From: Candidatus Latescibacterota bacterium
Lineage (GTDB): Bacteria > Latescibacterota > UBA2968 > UBA8231
Direction of reading: 5' to 3'
Assembly: GCA_964291625.2 (NCBI GenBank)
Contig: OZ220089.1
Location: 3,296,001-3,360,000, forward strand
DNA length: 64,000 nt
Position 1 is the stretch's first letter, and every line of letters starts with the position of its first letter. The translations under genes and the position numbers were made by a program. The notes under the pieces are model-generated. The model was given only the letters and a program-made list of their open reading frames with translations. It searched no databases and was not told where the DNA came from. Of this stretch, positions 52,004 through 61,019 are shown in pieces.

Positions 52004-53179
52004 ATGCAAATCGAGCAGATCGAAATCAAGAACTACCGCTCCTTCCGCCACGCGGAGTTCGGCAATCTCCCTCGCTTGGCCGTGGTCGTGGGAGCGAACG
52101 GCTCGGGCAAGTCCACCCTGTTCGACGTGTTCTCTTTCCTCAAGGATGCGCTAGCCCAGAACGCGGCCACGGCGGTCGCTCGCCGCGGAGGCTTTCGCGA
52201 ACTCGTCAGCCGCGGGAACAGGGGGCCCATTGAGATCGAGATCAAGTTCCGGGAGAGAGGAGGGCGACTGGCGACCTATCTCTTGCAGGTTGCCGAAGAC
52301 CAGGGACGGGTGGTAGTAGCCCGTGAGATCCTGCGCTACCGAAGAGGAAGCCATGGCAAGCCGTGGCACTTTGTTGATTTCTCACACGGCGCTGGGAATG
52401 CAATCACGAATGAATCCGTCTATGGAGAGGAAGAGGCCGTGGAGGAGAGAGAAGAGTACAAACTCGACGATCCGAGCAGTCTCGCTATCAAGGGTTTGGG
52501 TCAGTTTCGGGAGTTTCGGGTTGTATCCGAATTCCGCGGGCTGATCGAGAATTGGCATGTCTCCGACTTTCACATTGCCGATGCCCGGCCGAGTAGTGAG
52601 GCCGGCTATGCAGAGCACTTGTCGACCCGAGGAGACAATGTGGCCCAAGTTGCTCACTATCTCTATGAGAACCATCCCGAACGATTCAGCCGGATCCTGG
52701 AGGCCATGGGGCAACGGGTTCCGGGTGTGAACGGGGTTGAAGCCAAACCGACTGAGGATGGGCGATTGGTCCTGCGCTTTCGGGACGGAAGCTTCAAAGA
52801 TCCCTTCATCTCCCGATATGTCTCTGATGGTACGATCAAGATGTTCGCCTATCTCGTTCTGCTGTATGACCCTCAGCCGCACCCGCTGCTGGCGGTCGAG
52901 GAGCCCGAAAACCAGCTCTATCCCGAACTGCTGGCTGAGTTGGCCGAGGAGTTCCGAGACTATGCAAGGCGCGGAGGCCAAGTGTTCGTCTCGACTCACT
53001 CTCCAGATTTCTTGAACGGACTGGAGCTGGAGGAGATCTTCTGGCTGATCAAGAAGGACGGCTTCACGACTGTCCGGCGGGCCTCTACCAGCGAGTTGTT
53101 GCGCGGGCTTGTAGCAGAGGGAGACTTGCCCGGAGCGCTGTGGAAGCAAGGGTTGTTTGAGGGGGCTGGGCTCAGGTGA
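52004..53179 (+). CDS. ABC/AAA_21 ATPase
   Basis: IEIKNYRSF, Walker A GANGSGKST, signature VSDGT, Walker B AVEEPENQLYP, H-loop STHS. Visibly lower GC. Confidence 0.88.
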   Translation: MQIEQIEIKNYRSFRHAEFGNLPRLAVVVGANGSGKSTLFDVFSFLKDALAQNAATAVARRGGFRELVSRGNRGPIEIEIKFRERGGRLATYLLQVAEDQGRVVVAREILRYRRGSHGKPWHFVDFSHGAGNAITNESVYGEEEAVEEREEYKLDDPSSLAIKGLGQFREFRVVSEFRGLIENWHVSDFHIADARPSSEAGYAEHLSTRGDNVAQVAHYLYENHPERFSRILEAMGQRVPGVNGVEAKPTEDGRLVLRFRDGSFKDPFISRYVSDGTIKMFAYLVLLYDPQPHPLLAVEEPENQLYPELLAELAEEFRDYARRGGQVFVSTHSPDFLNGLELEEIFWLIKKDGFTTVRRASTSELLRGLVAEGDLPGALWKQGLFEGAGLR

Positions 53180-53748
53180 ACCGGATCGTATTCCTGGTGG
53201 AAGAGGACTCCATGAGGTTCCTGTTGGAAGGTATGTTGCCAAGGTTGTTTCCAGATCTTCTCTTCCAGTGCGTTCCCCACGATGGCAAGCAGGACTTGGA
53301 GAGAAGCATCCCGAGAAAGTTGAGAGCTTGGCGGGAGCCGGGTGTTCGTTTCGTCGTGATGAGAGATCAGGACAGCGCAGACTGTCGTCGAGTGAAGGCG
53401 GACCTTGTCCAACTGTGCAATGAGAGCCGGCGTCGAGATGTGCTCGTCAGGGTGGTTTGCCAAGAGCTGGAAGCTTGGTACATCGGGGAGCCGGATGCTC
53501 TCGAGGTGGCCTTCCCTGAAGCGCGAGCGAGTGCCCTTGCAGAATTGGGCAAGCGCCGATTTCGAGATCCCGATGCCGTAGTCCGGCCTTCTGACGCAAT
53601 TGCCCAGCTGATTCCCGAATTCCAGAAGCGGTCGGGTGCGAGACGCATGGGGGCGGCGCTATCGCGCAACAACCGCTCGCGGAGCTTTCAGGTGTTCGTC
53701 GAGGGAATCGAAGGGCTGTGCGGCTCCATGCAGACCGCGACTGGATAG
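53176..53748 (+). CDS. DUF4276-family TOPRIM-like protein
   Basis: IVFLVEEDSM, GKQDLERSIPRKL, VMRDQDSADC, CQELEAWYIG, FRDPD, NRSRSF. GTG overlaps the ATPase stop. Confidence 0.85.
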   Translation: MNRIVFLVEEDSMRFLLEGMLPRLFPDLLFQCVPHDGKQDLERSIPRKLRAWREPGVRFVVMRDQDSADCRRVKADLVQLCNESRRRDVLVRVVCQELEAWYIGEPDALEVAFPEARASALAELGKRRFRDPDAVVRPSDAIAQLIPEFQKRSGARRMGAALSRNNRSRSFQVFVEGIEGLCGSMQTATG

Positions 53749-53806
53749 CAGGGAGTGGATTTCCAGCAACATGGGATGGGACCCGATGTACCAGGACACA
53801 GGATGA

Positions 53807-55735
53807 ATGGGACCGAGCACTGAAGCCGCCCCACCACCCCTGCCCGGCACCCCCCCGGAGCGGCTGGTGCGGGACTTCGCCAGCCGGGGGATCGTCCTTC
53901 TCTCCCCCGAGAGCCTGGGCATCCCCCCCGAGATCCACGGGCGCATCTACGAGCAGGAGAAACAGGCCGCCCGCGACGGGAAGCCGGTGACGCCGGGGAG
54001 CATCCCCGAGATCCTGGAGGTGCTCGACGCTCCCGGCCTCGTTCAGGCCTGTGACCGCCTCCTGGGCGAGAGCTGGGCGATCGTCCCCTTCACCCACAAC
54101 GCCCCCTTCGCCAGCGGCGGGCGGGACCAGCACTGGCACAAGGACGACAACGGGCCCTACAACGGCCGCAAGCTGCGCCACCACCAGGCGGTGCAGGCGG
54201 AGATGCTCTACTACCCGCAGGCGGTCTCGCCGGAGATGGGGCCCACGGCGACGGTCCCTTACTCCCACTACTGGACCTTCGACCACGAGGAGAATCACGA
54301 CAACTTCGCCGGCGCCGATCACCTCGACTTCGCCTACCAGCTGAGCGGCCTGGAGGGCAAGCCCGCCAGCGGCCCCGACTCCGAGTACGATCCCGAGGAG
54401 ATCCGCCAGGGCCGCACCGCCCACGACCGGCGCCTGCGCGAGGCGGTGACCAACACCGGCTGGCCGCTGGTGCGTTCCTTCGAGGCGGCGCCGCTGGCGG
54501 CGGGCAGCGTCCTGCTCTACTCCCACAACACCTTCCACCGGGGCAACCACCGCCGCGACGACTGGCGGACCTGGCAGGACCGCCCGCGGTTCATGTGGCG
54601 CTTCTGGCTCTACCGAACCACCGACGCGCCGGCCGAGGAGGACGGGTTCGCCGAGGTCGACTGGCGGGATCCGGGCACCGACCCGATGACCGGGGTCGAC
54701 CTGTCCGGGGCGGACGAGGACCTCACCGCGGTCTGGCGCTACCACCACCACTGGATGCGGACCTGCCGCCCGCCCCCGCCGAGGCCGCAGGCCGCCGCCC
54801 TGTCGCCGGCGGCGCGGGAGCAGGAGGCCGAGCGACTGTCCACGCGGCTGCGCGCCCGCCACGAGGCCGCCGAGCCGGTCCGCGTCGGCGCCGCCTACCA
54901 GATCGCCTCCATGGGGGACACGCCCCTGGCCGTGCGGGTCCTGGGTGAGGCCCTCCACGACCACCGCGAGAGCGTGCGCCGGGCCGCCGCCTACGGCCTG
55001 ATCACCGTCGGAGAGGAAGCCACCCCGGCCTTCCTCGAGGCCGCGGCCTCACCCGTCAAGTGGGTCCGCAAGGCGGGCGTCCACGGGCTGGGCGACGCCG
55101 CCCCCCTGACCGGCGAGGTCCTGGAAGCCGTCAGCGCCCGCCTCCACGAGGACCCCTCCGTGTACGTCCGCTCCGTCGCCGCCGGCGCCCTGGGCTGCCT
55201 CGGCCGCCGGGCCGCGGCCACGGGGACCGGCCGCGAGCGCATCCCCGACTGCCTCCGCGCCCTCCTGCGGAGCCTGGACCGGGAGGAGAACCGCCTGGCC
55301 ATGGACCGCGCCCAGGGCCGCAGCATCAAGTTCGTGCGGCCCACCGACGACAGCGACGTCTGCGAGGGCGGCGGCGTCGACTTCGGCCTGGAGCGGTTCG
55401 CGCCGGTGCGCTCCGCGGTGCGCGAGAACGCCCTGTGGTCGATGGTCATCCTCTGCTCCCACGGGGCCTGCGCCGCGGGCGGCGCCCTGGAGCCGGCGAT
55501 CGCGGCGCTGAAGGAGGTGGTCCGGGAGGACGAGAACGTCATCTCCGTGGGCTACGCCATGGACGCCCTGGGCCGACTCGCGCGGACGGGATCGCAGGAC
55601 GAGGCCGAACTACCGGCCATCGCCGATCTGAGGGCGGAGCTGCGGACCGTCCTCGAGCAGTCGCCGGTGCAATGCTGGGAGGCCCTCGTCCGCAGCGGGC
55701 TGGGCCTGCCGCGGACCGACCAGGAGGGAGCCTGA
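53807..55735 (+). CDS. PhyH-family Fe(II)/2-oxoglutarate dioxygenase fused to HEAT repeats
   Basis: QHWHKD (HxD), YYPQ..MGPT, AGSVLL..TFHRG; C-terminal ESVRRAAAYGL, WVRKAGVHGLG, YVRSVAAGALG repeats. Confidence 0.82.
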   Translation: MGPSTEAAPPPLPGTPPERLVRDFASRGIVLLSPESLGIPPEIHGRIYEQEKQAARDGKPVTPGSIPEILEVLDAPGLVQACDRLLGESWAIVPFTHNAPFASGGRDQHWHKDDNGPYNGRKLRHHQAVQAEMLYYPQAVSPEMGPTATVPYSHYWTFDHEENHDNFAGADHLDFAYQLSGLEGKPASGPDSEYDPEEIRQGRTAHDRRLREAVTNTGWPLVRSFEAAPLAAGSVLLYSHNTFHRGNHRRDDWRTWQDRPRFMWRFWLYRTTDAPAEEDGFAEVDWRDPGTDPMTGVDLSGADEDLTAVWRYHHHWMRTCRPPPPRPQAAALSPAAREQEAERLSTRLRARHEAAEPVRVGAAYQIASMGDTPLAVRVLGEALHDHRESVRRAAAYGLITVGEEATPAFLEAAASPVKWVRKAGVHGLGDAAPLTGEVLEAVSARLHEDPSVYVRSVAAGALGCLGRRAAATGTGRERIPDCLRALLRSLDREENRLAMDRAQGRSIKFVRPTDDSDVCEGGGVDFGLERFAPVRSAVRENALWSMVILCSHGACAAGGALEPAIAALKEVVREDENVISVGYAMDALGRLARTGSQDEAELPAIADLRAELRTVLEQSPVQCWEALVRSGLGLPRTDQEGA

Positions 55736-56790
55736 TGGCCATCGAGCTGCTGACGACGGACCAGATCTCGCGGTTCAAGCGCGACGGGTACCTCGTGCTG
55801 CCGGGAGTGCTCGACCCCGGGCTCTGCCGCCGGGCGCGGGACCAGCTGTGGGAGATCGCCGGCGAGCATCTGCCGCGCATGAAGCGGGACGATCCCGCCA
55901 CCTGGGGACCGATCACCGAGGAGGAGAGCGCCCGCCTGGCGGAGGGCCGACCCGAGGGCGGCGGCGACGCCTACTTCAGCGGCCGGGGCCAGCGGTTCTT
56001 CGTGCGCAACGGCGGCGAGGAGCTGCTCCTCGACCTGGCGCCCCGGGCCTTGTGGGAGGTGGCGGAGCAGCTCCTGGGTCAGGGCACGGTCGTGTGGCCG
56101 GCGGGGCTGGACGCCTCGGGCACCGCCAGCGGCCCGGCCTTCATGTGCGACGACGCCGTGGGCGGGCTGGTCTCCCACGTGGGCCACGCCATGGGCTATC
56201 CGACGGAGGGGACCTTCCGCACCGAGCCGGCCCTGCGGCTGCCCGCCACCGGCCCCCTGTGGGTCAACGGCCAGGGCACGCGCGGACTCTACTGCACCCT
56301 GCCCGGGAGCCCGCCCCCGGCGCCAGGGTACCCGGGGGCCCATTCGGACGGCGCCTGCTACGGCCGAATCCGGCTGCAGGTCTCGGCCTACATCGACGAC
56401 CTGCCCCCGGGCTGCGGCGGCTTCACCGTGTGGCCGGGCAGCCACGCCAGGATCTGGCCGGAGCAGTGGGAGGCGTTCCGGGCCGGCGAGAAGCACACCG
56501 ACAAGCACCTGGCCGTGCGCCGCGCCGGCGGCTACAGCGACCCCGTCATCGGCCGCATCAAGGACGACACCGGGCCGGTGGACTGCCACGGTCCGGCGGG
56601 CACCGTGGTCCTGTGGCACACCAAGATCCTGCACATGGCGGGCCTCAACACCTCCACCGACGTGATCCGCCAGGCGACGATCTACGGGTTCCTCAAGACG
56701 CCCGAGTCGCTGCCCGACCCGCTGGTGGTGGACCCCACCGACGGCGGCATCTGGCGGGACTGGTCGGCCGAGGTGCGCGAGGCCGCCTAG
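55735..56790 (+). CDS. PhyH-family Fe(II)/2-oxoglutarate dioxygenase
   Basis: LTTDQISRFKRDGYLVLPG, AHSD, GGFTVWPGSH, GPAGTVVLWH..LH....R. ATG overlaps the previous stop. Confidence 0.85.
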   Translation: MAIELLTTDQISRFKRDGYLVLPGVLDPGLCRRARDQLWEIAGEHLPRMKRDDPATWGPITEEESARLAEGRPEGGGDAYFSGRGQRFFVRNGGEELLLDLAPRALWEVAEQLLGQGTVVWPAGLDASGTASGPAFMCDDAVGGLVSHVGHAMGYPTEGTFRTEPALRLPATGPLWVNGQGTRGLYCTLPGSPPPAPGYPGAHSDGACYGRIRLQVSAYIDDLPPGCGGFTVWPGSHARIWPEQWEAFRAGEKHTDKHLAVRRAGGYSDPVIGRIKDDTGPVDCHGPAGTVVLWHTKILHMAGLNTSTDVIRQATIYGFLKTPESLPDPLVVDPTDGGIWRDWSAEVREAA

Positions 56791-56800
56791 GCGCCGAGCC

Positions 56801-57634
56801 TCACTCGGCGGCGGCCTGTTCCATCCCCGGCAGCAGGACGTAGCGGACCCAGCCGAAGTCGGGATCGATCTCCAGGGCCTTCTCGAAGGCGGCCTTCGCC
56901 TGGTCGCGTTCGTCCCGGTCGAGGTGGGCCAGACCGATCCAGGCGTAGACCTCGCGGTGGCCCCACACCGGATGCAGGGGGTCGGCCGGCTCCTCGACGG
57001 CGAAGAGGACCGCGGCCCTCCGGAACCCCTCCATGGCCCTCTCCTTGTCGCCGCCCCACATGCCGGGGGTGTTGAAGTCGGAAAGGGCCGCGGTCAGCAC
57101 CACCCGGGGGTTGTCCGGGGCGAGTTCCTGCGCCTTGTCGAGGGCCCGCCGCGACCGGCGTCCCAGGAGCATTCCCTTCATCGGGCTCAAGGAGATCTGC
57201 CGCCCGTAGACACTGTTGAGCAGCGCCCAGGCCTCGGCGGACTCCGGGTCGAGGCGGACGACCTGCTTCAGGCTCTCCACGGCGCTCTCGAGGTGCGCGG
57301 AGGCCCGGTCCTTCGAAGCCTCCTCCCGGCCGAGGAGGTGGTTGGCGATGCGGAAGTCGGCGAGGGCCGCGTAGTAGCGGGCCCAGGCCGCCCGCTCGGC
57401 GTCGGCGGCGGCGCGCTCGAAGGCCGCCCGGGCCGCCATCATGAGGTCGAGGTCCCCGCGGTCCATCCCCGCCCGCAGGTCCGCCCTTCCCGAGGCGATC
57501 AGGCTGTCGGCGGGCTGGGCCAGGCTGTCAGCGGGGGCCAGGCGGGCGGCGGCCGGGGACAGGTGGGCGGCGGGTGGGGACAGGCAGGCGGCGAGCGGGC
57601 AGAGACCGAGGGCCAGCAGCGGAAGGTGTCTCAT
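56801..57634 (-). CDS. Exported TPR protein
   Basis: Signal/lipoprotein-like N-terminus; LDPESAEAWALL, LAPDNPRV, TPGMWGGD, ALEIDPDFGWV. Confidence 0.8.
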   Translation of the reverse strand: MRHLPLLALGLCPLAACLSPPAAHLSPAAARLAPADSLAQPADSLIASGRADLRAGMDRGDLDLMMAARAAFERAAADAERAAWARYYAALADFRIANHLLGREEASKDRASAHLESAVESLKQVVRLDPESAEAWALLNSVYGRQISLSPMKGMLLGRRSRRALDKAQELAPDNPRVVLTAALSDFNTPGMWGGDKERAMEGFRRAAVLFAVEEPADPLHPVWGHREVYAWIGLAHLDRDERDQAKAAFEKALEIDPDFGWVRYVLLPGMEQAAAE

Positions 57635-57651
57635 GGCATTCCTCCGGGTGG

Positions 57652-59871
57652 TCAGCGGTTGAGGGTGATCACGGCGCCGAAGTAGACGGACCGGCGGAAA
57701 CGGGTCGTGCGCGGCCGGCGCTCGCCGTAGTCGAGGCTGTAGTCGTAGTCGAGGACGTTGGCGCGGTTGAGCAGGTTGCTCACGGCGAGGAAGAGCACCG
57801 CCTGGTGCCCCCTCCCGAAGGGCCGCAGGTAGCTCAGGCTGCCGTCCAGCCGCCGGAAGGCGGGCAGGCGCTCCGAGCCGACGGGCCCCTGCACCGGCAG
57901 GTAGTAGCCTCCCGCCTCCGCGGGCACAGCGTCGACCACCGGCGTCACCGGACGGCCGGTGGCGTGCTTCAGGGTGAGACCGCCGCTGAGTCCCCCCGCC
58001 AGCCGCGCCTTCCCCACCAGCGTCAGGTTGTGGGTGATGTCGAAGGGCGAAGGGGCCTCCTCGAAGCGCACGTCCCGGCCCAGGTGGCGCGGCTGCAGCC
58101 GCCGCGAGCGCAGCAGGCTGTACGCCGCCCAGCCGCTCACCCGGGTCTGCAGGAAGCCGCCGTGCTTGAGGAACAGGTCCAGCCCCGAGGCCCGGCCCCT
58201 GCCGCCGTTGGTGTAGTTGAGGCGGGGGTCGTAGAGCACCAGGTCCCGGTAGGGCTTGTGGTAGGCCTCCACCCGCATCATCAGGTCCCGGCGCTCGTGG
58301 GTCAGGCCCGCGATCCAGTGCTTCGCCCGCTGGGGTCCCAGGGCCGGGTTGCCGCTGGTGGGGTTGTACGCCTGGGGCGAGGGGAACTGGTGGTAGACCC
58401 CCCAGGCCAGGCGCAGGTCCGTGCGGGGGGTGAAGGACCAGCGCGCCGACAACCGCGGGTCGACGACGAGGCGGCCGGCCAGGTCGTGGTGATCGCCGCG
58501 GACCCCGGCGTTGACGGCGACGGCGTGGGCGGGCTTGAGGTCGACCTCGACGTAGGCGCCGGTGCGCCGGGCGCCGTTGGTGTGGTCCAGCTCGAAGACC
58601 TCCGCCTCCGGGTCGAGGATGTCCCCCCGCCGGGGGACGGTGCCGCGGAAGCGGGTGTCCATCCGCTCCGTCTCGGCGCCGAAGCGCAGCCAGGCGCGGC
58701 CGCCGAGGCCGCCCTCCAGGTCGGCGCGGAGCTTGGCGGTGAGGTCGGCGGGCTCCAGGTCGAGGCTGCCCAACTGCTGGCGCGCCGAGTAGCGGTTGAC
58801 GGAGGCGCTGGTCCGGAGGAGCCAGCCGCGGTGGACGTGGGACCAGTGCAGGTTGTGGAGCCGGCTGGCGCTGCGGTTGCGGTAGAAGCCGTCGAAGGAG
58901 GGCTCGTCGACCCGCACCCCGAGGCGGTCGCCGGTGGCGAAGCTGAAGAGCTTGAGACGCCCCACCGGGGAGTACTGGTAGGAGAGGTTGAGGTTGCCGT
59001 CCCAGGAGCGGGGATAGGTCTCGAAGACTCCCCCCTGGCCGTTGACCCGGAAGAGGAGGTCGGTGAGGCTGAGGTTGCCCGAGAGACGCAGGCCGAGCAC
59101 GTCGGGGACGACCGGCTCGTCGACCCCCAGGGAGAGGGCCGCCAGGCCGAGGTTGAGGGTGGCGAGGCGCCGGGCGGGCATGTCCTGGCTCTCCATGGCC
59201 AGCACCGCCGAGAGGGTGTTGCCGTAGCGGGCCGGAAAGCCTCCCGTGGAGAACACGGTCCCCCGGGTCATGAAGGGGGGGATCGTGCCGAAGACGCCGC
59301 CCGTGGGCGACTCGTGGCGGTAGGGATGGACGACGGTCGCCCGGTCGAGCAGGACCAGGGTCTCGCTCACGTCGCCGCCGCGCACGAAGAGGCCGGCGCC
59401 GTCGTCGACCATGGCGGCGCCGGGGAAGGTCTTCAGCGCCCGGAAGACGTCGGCGGCGGCCCCGGGGGTGGTGACCACGTCCAGCGGGGAGAGGGTGACG
59501 TCCTCCTTCTCGCCGGTGGACCAGGTGCTGGCGGTGACCGCGGTCTCGCCGAGCTCGATGAGGACTCGGCGCAGCACCAGGCGGACGGCGGCGGTGTCGC
59601 CCGGGGCCAGATGCAGGGTGCGCCGCGCCGGCTCGTAGCCGATGAAGGTGGCCACGAGCTGGACCTTGCCCAGGTGCCGGGTGGCGAACCGGAAGCGCCC
59701 GCCGCGGCCGGTGGCGGCCCCGTCGGTGGTGCCGGCGAGCTGCACGTTGGCGAAGGGGACGGGCTCTCCCTCCGCGTCGACGACCTGACCCCGCACGACG
59801 GCCGGATCCTGGGCGTCGACGCCGGCGGCCAGGCAGGCGCTCCCGAGAAGGGCGGCGATCAGCCGGCGCAT
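57652..59871 (-). CDS. TonB-dependent receptor with N-terminal carboxypeptidase-regulatory-like domain
   Basis: VRGQVVDAEGEPVPFANV, DVVTTPGAAADVFRAL..PG, LFVRGG, STGGFPARYGNTLS, VSNLLNRAN. Confidence 0.9.
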   Translation of the reverse strand: MRRLIAALLGSACLAAGVDAQDPAVVRGQVVDAEGEPVPFANVQLAGTTDGAATGRGGRFRFATRHLGKVQLVATFIGYEPARRTLHLAPGDTAAVRLVLRRVLIELGETAVTASTWSTGEKEDVTLSPLDVVTTPGAAADVFRALKTFPGAAMVDDGAGLFVRGGDVSETLVLLDRATVVHPYRHESPTGGVFGTIPPFMTRGTVFSTGGFPARYGNTLSAVLAMESQDMPARRLATLNLGLAALSLGVDEPVVPDVLGLRLSGNLSLTDLLFRVNGQGGVFETYPRSWDGNLNLSYQYSPVGRLKLFSFATGDRLGVRVDEPSFDGFYRNRSASRLHNLHWSHVHRGWLLRTSASVNRYSARQQLGSLDLEPADLTAKLRADLEGGLGGRAWLRFGAETERMDTRFRGTVPRRGDILDPEAEVFELDHTNGARRTGAYVEVDLKPAHAVAVNAGVRGDHHDLAGRLVVDPRLSARWSFTPRTDLRLAWGVYHQFPSPQAYNPTSGNPALGPQRAKHWIAGLTHERRDLMMRVEAYHKPYRDLVLYDPRLNYTNGGRGRASGLDLFLKHGGFLQTRVSGWAAYSLLRSRRLQPRHLGRDVRFEEAPSPFDITHNLTLVGKARLAGGLSGGLTLKHATGRPVTPVVDAVPAEAGGYYLPVQGPVGSERLPAFRRLDGSLSYLRPFGRGHQAVLFLAVSNLLNRANVLDYDYSLDYGERRPRTTRFRRSVYFGAVITLNR

Positions 59872-59873
59872 CT

Positions 59874-60206
59874 TCAGAGCCTCGCCCCGCGGATCACCGT
59901 CTGCAGCGCCTCCAGGTGGCTCCGCAGGGCGCCGGCCCCTTTGCCGGTGAGGCGGTACCAGGTGACCGGCTTGCGGTTCTCGAAGCGCTTGGAGACGTCC
60001 AGGTAGCCGGCGTCCTCCAGCTTGCGCAGGTGGGCCCCCATGTTGCCGTCGGTCTCCTTCAGGTGCCGCTTGAGGCTGGTGAAGGTCATGGCCTCCACGT
60101 CGGCCAGCAGCACGCAGGCGCCCAGGCGGCTGCGGTGCTCCAGCAGCTTGTCCAGCCGCACCAAGCCCTCGGAGGTGACCTCAGCCGGTTGCTGCGGCTT
60201 CTTCAT
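59874..60206 (-). CDS. Winged-helix transcriptional regulator (HTH_34, MarR/ArsR-like)
   Basis: LDKLLEHRSRL, TDGNMGAHLRKLEDAGYL..K.F..RKPVTWYRLTGKG. Confidence 0.88.
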   Translation of the reverse strand: MKKPQQPAEVTSEGLVRLDKLLEHRSRLGACVLLADVEAMTFTSLKRHLKETDGNMGAHLRKLEDAGYLDVSKRFENRKPVTWYRLTGKGAGALRSHLEALQTVIRGARL

Positions 60207-60789
60207 CCTTCGGCTTCATCCACAGGGCGCTGGCCACCAGGGCCGCGGAGGTGGCCAGGCCGACGATGGTCCAGGGCCAGGGCTGGATGTGGTCCACGGC
60301 GGCGGCCCCGCAGATCAGCAGGACCCCCGGCCACAGGGTGCGGCGGTCGAGGTGGAGGCCGCCCAGGAAGAACACGACGCCGGTGAGGAGGGCGAAGAGC
60401 TGGGCGATGACCCAGCCGTCGAACCGGTGGGCCACGGCGATGAAGATCACCGCCACGCCGCCGAAGAAGATCGTGGCCCAGTGCAGGGCGTGGCGGGCGC
60501 CCAGGCCCGGCCTGCGCAGCCCCCGCTTCCTGTCCGATCGGGCGCCGAGGGCGAGGCTGACCAGGAAGCCGGCCACGGGGGCCGTCATCCAGTAGAAGGG
60601 GGCATACTCCATGGCGAAGTCGTTGAGGGCGTACCCGACGGCGAGGACCACGGCCCACATGACGATGATCGCCAGCGTCTTGTACTCGCCCTCGTCCCTC
60701 TCCTCCACCGCCTGGCGGACGAAGGAGACGTCCTCTTCGAGCTTCCGGGTCACCTCGGGGTCCATGGGGGAGTTCTCCTCGCGCGGCAC
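60181..60789 (-). CDS. Membrane protein (~6 TM) co-transcribed with the regulator
   Basis: Six hydrophobic segments after DVSFVRQAVE. The likely true start is ATG 60765 (GGAG RBS). Confidence 0.75.
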   Translation of the reverse strand: MPREENSPMDPEVTRKLEEDVSFVRQAVEERDEGEYKTLAIIVMWAVVLAVGYALNDFAMEYAPFYWMTAPVAGFLVSLALGARSDRKRGLRRPGLGARHALHWATIFFGGVAVIFIAVAHRFDGWVIAQLFALLTGVVFFLGGLHLDRRTLWPGVLLICGAAAVDHIQPWPWTIVGLATSAALVASALWMKPKDEEAAATG

Positions 60790-60821
60790 TCGAGCTGCGC
60801 CTGGGGTGACTGATGCAGAGT

Positions 60822-60856
60822 ACTCTGGAAAATAGAGTCCAGGAGAGGGTTGTCAA
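60822..60856 (-). promoter_or_regulatory. Promoter and palindromic operator of the membrane protein-wHTH-TBDR-TPR operon
   Basis: Minus strand: TTGACA (60856-60851), 16-nt spacer, TATTTT (60834-60829). Palindrome ACTCT-N7-AGAGT (60822-60838) covers the -10. Confidence 0.6.
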
Positions 60857-61019
60857 GTGGTTTCTGCTGCCACCTGGCCCGAATGGCGGGGCCTGCGCGT
60901 GGTGGCCCCGGACCAGGGGTTCAAGTGCCGGGCCGGCCTGATGGAAGCGGTCCAGGTCCTGCTTGACGGCGGGTCCTGAAAGGCGTGCCTTACGAATCTC
61001 TCAGGCAAAAGGAGGAAGT

